Positions 1 through 12,738 are shown, counted from the stretch's first letter. The stretch: DNA of 64,000 nt from Mobula hypostoma (GCF_963921235.1 NC_086097.1:47368001-47432000); one strand, 5' to 3'. Numbers and translations are program-made. The notes: generated from the sequence alone by a model not told the origin.

Positions 1-2417
1 AAAATTATAATTTCAATTCAAATAAATATATTTGAGGATTGATCTAGATCCATGTAGGTTTCTCCAATATTCAATAACATTGGAAAATCTATTCGCAGTA
101 TAATGAAGTTATATTGCCTGGCATATCCTGAAATCAAAATGTAAATGGTGTTGCAAGAGCAACTCAAACCAAATGTACAGTGTAATATCACTGACACTCA
201 TAACATCACAATGAAGCCTACATTTGAAACTTTTTGTTTTTGGTGCCACTTTGAAGCAAAAAAACTCTCAAACTAGGGTCAAAATCATATATCTGTTTCC
301 AATGTAAAGATTGTCTTGTAGCTCAGATTTGTGAAACAAATTTCACAACACATGCCGGTGATAATAAACCTGATTCTGATTAGGCAGCATGTATTAAACT
401 TATAAAAGGGCAAATCATGTTTCCATACTTGCCCCATTATTTTTAATACAGATCAACAGAAGTATCTAGCTAGATTACAATCACGACAATAAACAAAACT
501 TAATAAATTAAAAAAATAAAATTATTATTTATTCTTTGAATGGTAACATTCAACAAAAATACAACTGTAAACATTCTGACCTGGGTTGATTGAATTATAA
601 TTATACACCACAAAATAACAGAAACCAAAGTTTTTTTTAAACAAGCGTCAATATTATGGACTAAAATCTTATTCTAACAAAGACAAATTGAAAGTACAAA
701 TTGGAAGTTGATTCAACCCAGAGAATGTTAGAAACATTCAGTGGGTCAGGCAGTATCAGTGGAAAGAAAAATGGCATTTATGTTTCAGGATAAGGACTCT
801 TCATCAGAATGAAGGACCATCTGACCCACTGAGTGTTCCCAACATTATTTTCTTTTTGTGTTTATTTCAGATTTCCTTCACCTTTAGATATTATTATTTT
901 CATAATACAGGACTTGTTTCACAGACAAGTGGAGCTTTTGAGTACAGTACAGCAAAAAAAATCATTGGAAATATAAATCATTCTATTGAACTTAATATTT
1001 ATATTAGTATCTTAAAGCAGAGAAAGCAAACTGGCAAACTCTGAAGGCTATGTCATCTTTCATGTAGCTTTTAGTTCTAAGTCTTGTTAGTGGTTGTTTC
1101 TGACTTGCTGGATTGCCACATTTGAAATTTAGAAGAGCAGTTTCTTGCACTGCACCACATGGTTGATAGTTTTTCAATCAAAACACCAAGATTATAATAC
1201 ACTTTATACATGCCCCAAAGAAAATCACTGCATAAAACAAACACAAAAGCATGGCTTCCACTAGCTTATTGTCAGCATAATAGATTTCAGTTTTGCTTAC
1301 TCAATGTTAGCAACTCTTAAAATGAACTGCCATAGAGCATAATAACTAAACCTTTCACTTTTTAGGTATTCATTTATAAAATGTCAGCAGTGATGCCCAG
1401 GCAGTAATTAATTGTCTTTACCCGTCATCTTCTTAAGTCCAATTTTACCCATATGGTAATGCAGCAGCAATTTTACAATAGCAACAATGGAGGAGTGACA
1501 ATTAAATTAAAACGATGTACTCCTTAGGCCAGGTGATGTTCCAATCTACTTTATCATTTTGTCCTTTGCAGGTTTGGGTTGTGTTGTTTGAAGGCTTCCA
1601 ATATATGTGAACAATGCAACTATGACATGTTGCTGGTCAGAAGGGATAATGTTGTCTATCCTTAGAGAGATTTAATACAGCACTAGATTTCTTACTCAAT
1701 ACCATTGTAGAAATATGGCTGGAAACTCAGTCACTTAACTTAATTGAATACCATAAGCTCCAACTTAGCCAAGGATAACATTTTAAATGGCAATTATATT
1801 AATATTTGCAATGGCAATTATATTAATCAAGAGCTAATTAAAATGCAATGTAATTTAATGCATTTCAATGGGTACAATCCATTAACACATGAAAACTGAT
1901 ATTTCTGATAACAGAATGATATTCAGTAAGTACCTACATTATTAATATTTTGAATACTAATACCTTATCAACTTTAACAATGTGAAATGTATTTCAATTG
2001 TAGATCTGTTAACAAGAACTACATACAAAATTATCATGAATTTCATACACAGAACTAATTTTAATAAACTATGCCAATGATAAAATGTAAATATTTCCAA
2101 AGAAATCAGAAATATTGAACATCTAAATGGAAGTAGCATGAATTACATTATCATTTTAGTTTGCAGGTGCATTCTGATAATGTACAAAAACAACCTCAAT
2201 AGTGTCAAAGGACACAGGAACCAGGCCTTCACCCTCCCCACCCCGAAGTCCTGGCTGAGCATCAGTTTAACCATCAGTATTTAATCCATTTGTCAGCACT
2301 TGATCCATAGCCTTCTAGGTTGTCACGATGTACAATTCAAGCGTTTGTCTAAATGCTACTCAAATGTTGTGAGGGTTTCCACAATGCATTTGTTCCCTGG
2401 GTGAAAATTCCTCCTGA

Positions 2418-3129
2418 AGGCTGATTTATACTTGTGCGTTCTAGCTTACGCCATAGCCTACGCAAGTGGGCTACGCCGTTGTGAGCATTTATACTTGTGC
2501 GTTGGTGTGCCTGCGTCACTCTGCAATTCACCACCAAAACGCTAGTTGGCGGTGGGGTTTCTATGCCACTGTGTTGAGTTTCTTCGTGTTGAAACTCAAA
2601 CTTCAAACAATGGTGACTGAAACTGAAGGAGGGTGAATTTTCTGTGCTTGTCCAGCCACTGAGAGACATGGACGAGGAAATGCATTTCAAATATTTTTGG
2701 ATGTCGGCAAGTAGATTTGACAATTTGGTTCATCGTCTCCAATCATTAATATTGCATCAGTGTACACACAGTATACTCAGAGACTGGCAATCACCATTCG
2801 AGTTTTAGCTTCAGGTGGAAGTCAACAGGCTGTAGCAGCTAGCTACAGACTGGTGTCAAGCACAGGGTCCTCCGTAATTTCAGAGGTCTGTAAAGCTTTA
2901 TGGAAAGCATTGCAGCCAGAGTTCCTTCCCTGCCCTTCAGTCACCCAAAGGGAAGCTATTGCAGCGTAGGAGGAAATGCGATGCTACCAAGTGGACCAAT
3001 CACAGTTTTGGGCTGCGTCGCCGCGATGCATAGTTAACATTTTGGGAGAGGTGCGCATTAGGCTACGGCGTAGGGTTCGGTGTAGAGTACAGTGTAAGGT
3101 ACGCTTGACGCACAGGTATAAATCAGCCT
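2418..3129 (+). mobile_element. Non-autonomous PIF/Harbinger DNA transposon derivative
   Basis: 22-bp TIRs aggctgatttatacttgtgcgt / acgcacaggtataaatcagcct (1 mismatch), flanks TGA and TTA (TNA-type target). Internal relic of a Harbinger transposase N-terminus ([25 protein letters not shown]...EVCKALW). It splits an older CR1-like fragment. Confidence 0.85.
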
Positions 3130-3599
3130 TTAGATCCCCTCTAAATCTCTTACCCTTCACCCTGAACTGTATCCTCTAGTTTTTACACACTCTTCTAAGG
3201 GGAAAATTTCCCCACCATCTGTTATATCCAAGCTCGTCAGAATTCTGATTCCCTCAAGATAGTGATAATGATTATTATACATAATGTAAGACAGAGTTCA
3301 AATGATTTAGTATGAAATATTATACTTAGGTTCTCTTATTAAATGAATGTTATCTCTCTCGAAAGGGTTCTCATCCCTGAGGCATCAGATATAAATGTGA
3401 TGGCTAGTGTATATTAAATATAGTTTTTGGTTCATGTATCTGCTTGTGTTACCATTTTAGTACAAACTATTGTAGCCACGAGTGCCCAGAATAACTTCCC
3501 TCAAGCTTCACAAGATTCCCACACTAAATGAGAGGTTAGAAAGACTCCGATTGTTTTCCCTACAGGGTCGGAGGCTGGGGGGGGGGGGGGCAGTCTTGA

Positions 3600-3950
3600 C
3601 AATTTATAAACTACCAGAGACAGATAGAGTCTATTTCCCAAGGTAGAAATATCAAATCCTAGATAGCATAGCTTTAAGACGAGAGGAGAGACATTTAAGG
3701 GAGATACAGTACATTGGGCAAGTTTTTTTTCAGCATTGAGTCCTTAGTGCCTGGAAAATGCCAGGAGTATGGTGGAAGCAGACATGGTAGTGGCATTTAT
3801 AAGGCATTTAGATGGACACACAAAGACAAAAGGAATGGAAAGATATGGAATCATGTACGAGCAGATAGGATTAGTTTCATTTGGTATCATAATTGGCCCA
3901 GACACCATGGGCTGAAAGGAAGGTTCCTGAATGTACAGTTCTATGTAACT
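3600..3950 (+). mobile_element. CR1-like LINE 3' fragment
   Basis: Degenerate CR1 RT C-terminus and 3' UTR (gggctgaaagga...tgtacagttctatg). Confidence 0.6.
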
Positions 3951-4055
3951 CTATGGAGTAGCAAGATGGTGGTGTTAATGTTTTCCTTAATTCCAGTTTA
4001 AATATCCCATCAATATATACATTTTTTGGTAAAATATGAAACATTATATTTCAAA

Positions 4056-4061
4056 TTTATT
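4056..4061 (-). promoter_or_regulatory. Candidate proximal BAG5 polyadenylation signal
   Basis: tttatt on plus (AATAAA on minus) about 315 nt past the BAG5 stop. A distal candidate lies at 528-533. Confidence 0.4.
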
Positions 4062-4376
4062 GAAATCTAGAGCAACACACATCTTCAGATTCTCTTCTGT
4101 AATTTAAATCTAATTTTACTGAGTATTATTAAATGACATTTAAGGTGCTCTCAATGATATCTTAATGAAACACCCAAAACACTCTCACAGTGTTCACTTA
4201 TTGCACTCAAAGTGCAAAAGTTTGCCTTTTTTGAAGTCCACTATTATGAAATGATGATATGAGATGAGAGTTTAATCTGCATGAAACTGTCAAGATAACC
4301 TGAACAATTTCCTTAAGCAATTAAAAATAGTGCAAAGGAAGGCACAAAAGCTACACTCCCCATCTAGAACTACAAT

Positions 4377-5723
4377 TTAATATTCCCACTCATCTGTTTT
4401 CATGTCTAGGTAATTAAGAATATTCTGTGCAAACTTCACTGCTTGTTTTCTGTCAGCCTTAGCACCATCATTCCCTTGGGTTTCCACAGCATCAAGTGCT
4501 AGAAGTTGTTTTGTGAGCATTTCTTCCAGTCTCACATAATTCTTGTCAGTTCTAGCTCCATCAAAAGACAGGACTTGCCTCTGAAATTCGGACAAGTGAC
4601 TTAGGACCCCCCATATAGCTTTCTGTGATGGATGTTCATCTTCCAGCTCTTCCTTCATGTTATCTCTCTTTTCAAGAATCTCCTTCAGGTCAAGATAAGC
4701 GATCACAGCCTGCACGTCAACTACAGATCTTCTCCTAGCTTCACGGATACATGGATTTTTGTTAATGTCTACTTGATCCAATTCTGAGAGAAGACTTTGC
4801 AGTTCAGTATGTGGCTTGAAATGCAAATCAAAAGCATGGTCCTGTCGCAAGAGCTGATGTTTTAATTGTGTTGTCTTCAGACGTATTTCTTCGATACGTT
4901 TGATAGACTGATTCTGGGTTAAGTCATAACGTCCTGAAGACTCTCCCTCGGATTCCATCTCCAAATGTCCCAGTAAGCAATTGATCTCATGCACCACACG
5001 TTTCCTGTAGTTTCTTACTTCCGAGTGTCCAGCCACATCTATTGCATCCAATTGCATTAACAATCCAGTGAGGACTCGGGATAAGTGTGCACAATTTTCC
5101 ATGGCATTTAGGCTTATTAACAGGCCAATTACATCACATCTTGCTTTGCTAACTTCAAATAAAACAGAATTGATTTTAGAAACAGAAGGATGTGTATTTG
5201 TGGATAGAGGTAAACTTAATGCTTGCTGACCAATGCAGTTTTCAATGATATCCTGGACAGCACAAATTCTTGTTAGTGCTCGATATCTGGCTTTCCTCAA
5301 ACCAATTTTCCCTCCTGTTTTTACTTGCGTCAGCTGAAAAATTATTTCTTGGATGTGATCAGCAAACTCTTCAGTTATCAAGCCCCCAGCAGAAGATAAT
5401 TCCCTGGTAACCAGCCGCTGTGCATCACCAAAGATACTTTCCACTCTTAGCCGTGATGGGTGAGTTGCAGCTTGCTCCAGCTCTTTCAATAGCTCCTCCA
5501 CAGTTTTTATGGCATTTTTGCGACCATTCTGAATTTCTGACTTGCTGTCTGTATCTACTGCATCTAACTCAAATAGCAACTTGGTCAACAAGCTCTCCAA
5601 CTGCTTATATTCTTTATCAGCCTGCGTACCACTGAATGATAATACAAGTTGTTTAGCTTCTTGTAGTTCCTTCTGAATTTCTTGAACCTTAATCAAAGAT
5701 GGATGTTGTTGACCCATGTTCAT
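4377..5723 (-). CDS. BAG5: BAG family molecular chaperone regulator 5 (multi-BAG-domain Hsp70 co-chaperone), single coding exon, 448 aa
   Basis: Intact ORF MNMGQQHPSL...LDMKTDEWEY with repeated BAG-domain motifs (LTKLLFELDAVDT, LMQLDAIDV, LSELDQVDI, LTKQLLALDAVET). N- and C-termini match vertebrate BAG5 from memory. Likely acceptor ttattattgcctctAG (minus) puts the exon start at 5820. Confidence 0.97.
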   Translation of the reverse strand: MNMGQQHPSLIKVQEIQKELQEAKQLVLSFSGTQADKEYKQLESLLTKLLFELDAVDTDSKSEIQNGRKNAIKTVEELLKELEQAATHPSRLRVESIFGDAQRLVTRELSSAGGLITEEFADHIQEIIFQLTQVKTGGKIGLRKARYRALTRICAVQDIIENCIGQQALSLPLSTNTHPSVSKINSVLFEVSKARCDVIGLLISLNAMENCAHLSRVLTGLLMQLDAIDVAGHSEVRNYRKRVVHEINCLLGHLEMESEGESSGRYDLTQNQSIKRIEEIRLKTTQLKHQLLRQDHAFDLHFKPHTELQSLLSELDQVDINKNPCIREARRRSVVDVQAVIAYLDLKEILEKRDNMKEELEDEHPSQKAIWGVLSHLSEFQRQVLSFDGARTDKNYVRLEEMLTKQLLALDAVETQGNDGAKADRKQAVKFAQNILNYLDMKTDEWEY

Positions 5724-6090
5724 ATTTTCTTTTTCCTTAATGAATCACAGTAATTTAAAAATTGAATGAAAATATGCTGGTCAGCATGTCACTTCTTGGC
5801 AGCATATTGCAACTTTAATTCTAGAGGCAATAATAAATATTGTTAAATGTTAGCAAGGTTGGCATTTTATACCAGTTGAAACCAAGCTCTGTAGTGAGCT
5901 TGCGACTAACTGCAAAATCTGTCTCAATGTAATACATAGATGAAAATGAAACTGTAAGGCTTTCATTGTTATTAATCAGCTTAATCTGCTTGGAGATTAT
6001 GCTTCACAAACATAAGAACTTTAATAAAAACTGAAGTATTGCTTGCATTAAAATACTATTAACATTAAGTTTAGACAAGTTTAAACAGAA

Positions 6091-6368
6091 GGAGGCACCA
6101 TGGTTGCACAGTGGTAAGCACGATGCTTTTACAGCTCAGGGCATCAGAGTTCTGAGTTCAATTCTGGTGTCTTCTGTTAAGGGTTTGTACGTTCCTCCCC
6201 TAGAACGCCTGGGTTTTCTCCTACAGTCCAAAAATGTTTCAGTTAGTAGATTAATTGGTCATTATAAATTGTCCTATGATTACACTAGGGTTAAACAGGT
6301 GGGTTGCTGGGTGGTACGGCTTGTTGATCCAAAGAGCCTGTGCTGCACCCTCCAAATAAATAAATAAA
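6091..6368 (+). mobile_element. tRNA-derived SINE (HE1/V-SINE-like)
   Basis: A-box-like gcacagtggtaag, B-box-like gagttcaattc, V-domain-like tttgtacgttcctcccc...ttttctcctacagtccaaa, (TAAA)n tail. Confidence 0.7.
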
Positions 6369-6656
6369 ATTAATGACCTTAACACTTGCATACAACTACT
6401 CTCTACTAGTCAAGCACTTGTGACTGCTAATAAACTACTAAATGCCAGCAACAGGCAGATTGAGGCTGTTCTGAGTCAATAACTTGCTTTTCTAGTTTCA
6501 AAGTTCTATTTCAAAAACTACATGTTAAATTTGTGCACAACATTAGTTTGATGATACATTGAACTATTGCGCATAACTACGGTATCCACAAATTAAAAGG
6601 ACACTGAGAAGGGTTGTAAAAATAAAACTCACATAAATGATGCTGAAATTGACGTA

Positions 6657-7180
6657 CGAGGGGTGATTGATAAGTTTGTGGCCTAAGGTAGAAGGAGTCA
6701 ATTTCAGAAAATCTAGCACATTTATTTTTCAACGTAGTCCCCTCCTACATTTACACACTTAGTCCAGCAGTCATGGAGCATACAGATACCTTCTTTGTAG
6801 AAGTTGGCATCTTGGACCTCCAAAAAAGTGGTCCACAGCAGGGGTGATTAATAAGTTTGTGGCCTAAGGTAGAAGGAGATGAGTTATACAGCTCTCGTTA
6901 TGTGCACATGCAATTCAACTCTTTGAGTGATTATGCATGAAGTTTGAAGTTAATAACTCATCTCTTTCTACCTTAGGCCACAAACTTATCATCACCCCTG
7001 CTGTGGACCACTTTTTGGAGGTCCAAGACACCGACTTCTACAAAGAAGGGATCCGTATGCTCCACGACTGCTGAACTAAGTGTGTAAATGTAGGAGGGGC
7101 TATATTGAAAAATAAATGTGCTAGGTTTTCTGAAATTGACGCCTTCTACCTTAGGCCACGAACTTATCAATCACCCCTCA
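6657..7180. mobile_element. Palindromic mariner-type MITE with TA target duplication
   Basis: TA|cgaggggtgattgataag ... cttatcaatcacccctca|TA. Arms of about 230 bp are reverse complements, and each arm contains a second internal copy of the terminal motif. Confidence 0.9.
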
Positions 7181-9039
7181 TATATAACAGGAAAGATTGA
7201 ATGGAGCTTTTTACTGTAAATCAACTGACCCAATCCCTTGATCTATCTATGCAGCTCTATTTGCATGCCTGGTCCTCCTTCTATTTCTATGAATACACAA
7301 CATATTCCTCATTGATCCCTTTGATTCCTCACGGTAGTGACCTACTGCTTTTACTTGTTATGTACAGGTATTTATATTCTCAGTTGGCCAAGACTTTGTA
7401 GGGACATGTCAGCAGACCTGCAAAAATCCCTCAAATAACTGACAGCAACTTAGTACAAATGCAGAAGTACCCCAGTTGCAGGGAGTTGTTAATAGTTGTT
7501 TTCCCTTGTAACATCTTTTGTGTTTTTGAATTCCTCAGAGTTTGGCAAAGAAACATGAAGGTGAAAGCACTTCCAACCACTTACTGTGTCGTTTCTGTAC
7601 AAACTCTGCCAAGTTGAATCTGATGAAGGGAAAACCTTCTCTGTTGATTTCAATGGAAAAGAATAGCCACAAGGAATTAAACATTAGTATTTTTAATTGT
7701 TTCCATTTAATCTCTTAACAGTTTTTCTCTTTACATTTAAGAATTTTTAATAATAACAAATTAATACTGAATTATTATTTTTTAAAATCAGAAAATTTAA
7801 AGTTCTGACAGCTACTTATGCCCTGGGATGTGGATTAAATTTAAAAGCTCTGTTGTGTTGTAGATTTGCTTATAAAGCTCATTGTTGATAGTAAATTCTG
7901 GGCCATTAACTTTCAGTAATGTCAACCTACTTAGAAATGTCTTTTATTTTCCTAAATATCACCCTTCTCTCTCTACTCTCCAACAGAAACGCCTAATGCA
8001 GAATTGTAGCAGACATTTGAAAAACAGAATTGTAATAGACAATACAGTATTTGATTTTTCTGGTAGCTAAATCAATGGCAATGAAGCTAATTAGGACAGC
8101 CTCAATCACGTTACCAGGTGAAATTAATCACGTGGGATTTAAAAACTGGGACAATCTTGTCCTGTATTGCTGAGTATCATATTAGCAATGCTACATGACA
8201 CTAGTCATGATACATTTACTTATTTAGATTCAGAATTTACAGCACCTCATACACAAAAAAGGATGCAGGAAAGTCTATATAAGAATGCTCAGACTTACAG
8301 ACTTGTAATGTCAAAACAAGGGCAACTTTAAGCAAGTCCTAATAAAAAGATTTATTCATGAGTGAAGATGCATTGAATTCTAACAAAAATTGATGTAACG
8401 TGTGCAAATGAAATGTAACAGTAGATACTTCATGTTGCTAAGCAATTTTGATATCATAAGACCAATTGTTTCACTGATGAAGTCATAATAAAACAAAAAC
8501 CCTGTAAATGACAAGTTAAAAATGGTGTCATTTGTTTTAGTACTTCCTTTAAATTTCTCTTTTCTAATTAAGGGTTTTCCTTCATTCGAATCAAAAGGAC
8601 AAATAGGAAATAGTTTCAATGTCAATGCAAAGAATTACAAAGCCTGACAGACAAATCAGTGAAATTTTCATTTTTCTCTTCTGAGGGAAAGAAATTAATC
8701 TGTATGTATGTATTATTCCAAGTCCAGCCAAAAATAACCAGATGATAAATCAATTGGAGGTTTTGATTACTATTTCTCTACTGAGTTTTATTAAGAACTT
8801 TGACCAAATTGAAAATGGTAGGCTTTCTTGTTCCTGTTACTATATTCTGAAAAAAAGGGAAATACTGTCTGACAAATGAATTTATTTTTGTGCTTATCCA
8901 ATGAAATTGCCTTAATTTCCTCACTCTCTTTTGGATTGTTGGACACAACAATGAAATATGCATTTTCTTTTGTTCCTGATGATCAAATTTCTATCTACGT
9001 AGAAGGGAAATTGAAATGTGTGAACACATCTACATGGAG

Positions 9040-9445
9040 TCCTGCCACAAGAAAGCAGCATCCATCATCGAAGGCCCCCACCCATCCAAGCAGTGCTCTC
9101 TTCTCATTGCTGGCATCATGAAGGAGGTAGAGAAGCCATAGGTCCCACACCACCAGGTTCAGAAACAGTTATTACCCTTCAACCACCAGGCTACTGAACC
9201 AGCACGGATAACTTCATTCACCTCAACACTATTCCTCAGCCTACTGTATGGCATCACTTTCAAGGACTCTGCAACTCATTTTCGCAGTACAGTATTTTTT
9301 TTAATCCATTATAATTATTATATTTGCACATTGGTCAGACTTTGTGTAGTTTTTCCTTTATTCTATTGTAAATGCTGACAAGAAAATGAATCTCAATGTA
9401 GTATATTGTGACATAAATATACTCTGATAATAAATTTACTTTGAC
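9040..9445 (+). mobile_element. LINE 3' fragment (Rex/Babar-like)
   Basis: gcagcatccatcatc...ttctcattgctggcatcatgaaggag...caggttcagaaacag, the 3' end shared with other copies in the window. Confidence 0.6.
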
Positions 9446-9949
9446 CTAGACCTGTAAACCGCACAGTATTTTTGAAATCTTCCCTCCTCGCTAACGTTCA
9501 CTTGATTTTAATGAACATTTAAAAAGTTCGGAATTTCATTTAGTGCATGTTGTCTCAAGGAAAGTTAATAGTCACTGTTTTCTTTTTCTGAAAAGAACTG
9601 ACAATAGCTGCTGTAGTTCCTGCCAGTTGAGGAATTGTGGGGCTTTGTGTTTGAATCGTGATCACCTATTGGAACATGGCAGGCAAGGTGCTTCTGAAGT
9701 TTACTGCATTTGTTTTGCCATATTCCCAAGCCAAGCAACCAGTTTTCCCAAGTATTTTCTCCTTCCTGTCTGCCATCCTCTTACATGCCCAATATTTCAC
9801 CTCTTTCAGTTATTCTCATTTCTCAGAATATGAATACTCTTAGAAAGACCAGTAGTTATTGCCCATCCCTGATTAGTGAGGTGATTCCTTGAAGCACTGC
9901 CACTTTTCTGGTGAAGCTACTAATCTGTTCGGGAGGGGCCTCTTATGCT

Positions 9950-10410
9950 TCAAGTCGTCAAGTCAAGTTTAATATCACGTAACTATATACAAGTATATAA
10001 CATATACAGAAATGAGACGTTTTTTCGAACTAGGGTGTAAAGCACATAACACACATAGCACACAATAATTTATGAAGGTAAGGATAAAATCTACAGATGA
10101 ATCACACATAAAAACAAATTGAAGTGCATTAATATTAAATATTGTAAGAAATGGAACTGATTAACCAGTGGCACTTCAAATATGATGCGGCAGGGAATTC
10201 TGAAGCCTAATGGCCTTGGGGGAGGAAACTGCTTCTCATTCTAACTGTTCTTGTTTTTATGCATCAGAGTCTCCTGCCTGATGGTAGAAAATCAAAGAGG
10301 ATGCTGAATGGATGGGTGGGATCCTTAATAATACTAAGGGCCCTGCGTACACAGTGCTCCTAATAATTGTCCCTGATGGATGGTAGGGAGACCCCCATGA
10401 TCTTCTCAGC
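9950..10410 (-). mobile_element. LINE 3' fragment (Rex/Babar-like) with short-repeat tail
   Basis: (caagt)n tail on plus and RT C-terminal relic on minus. Confidence 0.55.
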
Positions 10411-11016
10411 TGTTCTCAGAGTCCTTTGTACCAATGATTGGCCAGCAATCTACTTCCAAATGAGAATAGGGTGTAAAATGGATGGGGAACCAGCAGGTGG
10501 TGGTGTTCCCTTGCATCTGCCTAGGCAGATAACAATAGTGTTATTTCTTAATGGTGTACAGTGCAGCCATTGTGTATCAAGGATGTTCAGAGTAAAAATT
10601 TAATCTGGTGATTAACGTTACATTATGTAGGCTGTTCTATTCTGGATGATACTGAGCTTCTAAACAGTTCTTGGAGCTGCATACATCCAGACTATAATGG
10701 ACAGCATTTAATTGAGCTGTTCATTTGTACCTTGTAAATAATGGAAAAGCTTAGCAACCGCAGGAGGCACTTCACTCCCAGAACACCCAGCCTGTGATCT
10801 GTTCTTACACCACAGTATGGCTGGTTCAGTTGAAATTTTCATCACTAGTGACCCCCATGTTAATGACAGGGGACTCAGCAATGGAAATGCCATCAAATAC
10901 TCTCACTTATTGGGAGATGAATTTTTATAATGCAAATGTTACTTCTCACTCTAGCAGCAGAAACATTAATCTTGCTTCTAAACTGTCAAGCCCAGTTAAT
11001 AGTAAACACATACACG

Positions 11017-11021
11017 TACAT

Positions 11022-11064
<43 letters not shown>
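11017..11064. repeat. (TACA)n-(CA)n compound microsatellite
   Basis: Direct reading of the sequence. Confidence 0.95.
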
Positions 11065-12088
11065 GGAAGTGCTGGCAAAACATAGTAAACTGTCAAGCAG
11101 CAATTGTGCAAAGAGAAACAGACTTGTCATTGAAGGTCTTGAGTGCTGTTAAGGAGTCAATGACCTTAAATGTAAACTTGATTGCTCTCTTCACAGATGT
11201 TGCAAACAGGTTGCATATTTCCAGCATTTTCTATTTTCTTTTCTGACTTCCTCTTGCTTCCTATTAGAGATCTCTACATTTCACTAACATCACCTGCCAT
11301 TCTGAAATCAATATAGAAATGTTCTCATCATCATTCCCCATCAGTACATGCCATTGGCTGTGGTCTAGCCTCAAATCTCTCCTCAAAATATAAAATCCCA
11401 TATTCTAGGAATCAGTCTACATCCAGTTATGTTTTCCCTGGTTACAATCTCTAGAATCAGGGCCCATAGTCTCAAACAAGGGATTCAGAATAGAGATAAG
11501 AAATCGTCGCTTCATCTTAAGGGCAGTGAACCTTTGGAATTTTATAACCAAGAGAGCTATAGAGGATCAAGACATTACAACAGAACATTCAATTCACTCC
11601 ATGTAATATAAACTTGGTTCGCGAGACCAGACGGTCACGCAGTATTCAAGGTCAGTGTGGATTGAGATAGCTGTAATACGCTTTACTTGGGAGGAGTTTT
11701 TTCGAAGTATTCGACTCCAAATTGGTTCAATTATTTTGCCTGCTCTACGCTAGGAAATATCCACAGACTCAAGACCAGGTGTTGCGGATCCGCTGCCCGT
11801 AACTTTCATGGGGTTTAAAAGGTGTTTAAACAGAACTAGGGTATAAAAAGATCACAAATGACGAGTGGACGAGGCCACGGTCTGCTGGCGAGTCAGGACC
11901 GAGCAGTGGCTACCTGTTTCACCCCTCAGCCCGGCTGACAAGATAACACAGCCCAGACCCAGGTTAATCCAGATCCACTCCCACTACCATTAAATTCTAC
12001 AGTTAAAAAAACCCTTCCACTTCCACCGAAAGCAGACAGCTTAGACCACGCAATCCCACCACGGAGCTGGATAACACTCACCACTCAC

Positions 12089-12200
12089 CAACGACACCGC
12101 AAGACATTTGAGGAGTCCTGTCGCACGACAGGAACACATTCCTTTACGACAGGAAATGGTTTGGTCGCCTTACTGCCGTAAATTATAACCAGCGTCGAGC
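12089..12200 (-). other. BAG5: Putative non-coding exon 1 of BAG5 (5' boundary approximate)
   Basis: CpG-enriched region with two tandem GTGAGT donors on the minus strand (plus actcac at 12076-12081 and 12083-12088). Vertebrate BAG5 has a non-coding first exon divergent from COA8. Confidence 0.55.
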
Positions 12201-12237
12201 TTTTTGAGGTTTATTGGAATTTATATTTGGAAAAGTG
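12090..12237. promoter_or_regulatory. Bidirectional BAG5/COA8 promoter
   Basis: About 150 bp of CpG-enriched DNA between the BAG5 donor and the COA8 ATG. Three CGACAGGA motifs, two forming an inverted repeat at 12116-12133. Confidence 0.65.
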
Positions 12238-12396
12238 ATGAGCCATGAACTTAGGGCTTTGGTTTTATATTTCAGCAACCCATTTTGGAGAAGACTATTG
12301 CTGACTGCTTATGTAAAAAGAGCTGAAGCGCAGAATTATGGCTGTTGCCGTCCAATTTCAACTAGTTCCCCTGATGAAAGGGGAAAAGATACCGAG
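12238..12396 (+). CDS. COA8: Cytochrome c oxidase assembly factor 8 (APOPT1), exon 1 (mitochondrial-targeting-like N-terminus)
   Basis: ATG at 12238, MSHELRALVLYFSNPFWRRLLL...GKDTE, donor GAG|GTAAAG, phase 0 matching exon 2. Confidence 0.75.
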
Positions 12397-12738
12397 GTAA
12401 AGGACGAGTGTCTCTGACTTTAGGTCATTCAATGCAAATTTGAAGCGGAACTCTGTTCCGCCGTATATTTTCGCCAGTGGGTGAAGTTATCGAAGATTTT
12501 AGAGAATGGCAAATAGTATGTACACTGTGTAAGGTAAATTACGCAGAAAAGTTTTCATAACAGTAAAGCGTGTAGTTATGTAGCGTTATGTACAAGCATC
12601 TCATGGTGTTGCAACAAATGTCCTTTTACATGAGCCAGGTGTTTGGTTGAACTTTTGTAAACCCTTTCCATTATTTAATGTACAGAAAGTTAAACTTGGC
12701 ATTAATTTGGAGTTTTTAGTATGGGTACTTAACAGCTA

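Noticed and set aside
728-845. Additional functional hammerheads (also about 13400, 13790 and 55590)
   Set aside because: Core or stem nucleotides are mutated; counted only as Penelope relics.
1786-1827. 18-bp direct repeat aatggcaattatattaat
   Set aside because: Simple local duplication in AT-rich DNA with no supporting context.
6091-6175. tRNA gene
   Set aside because: Degenerate tRNA-like head continuing into a SINE body and tail; no complete cloverleaf. The same applies to 63612.
12214-12237. TTG start for COA8 given by the ORF track
   Set aside because: An in-frame ATG at 12238 gives a normal-length COA8; there is no evidence for upstream non-AUG initiation.
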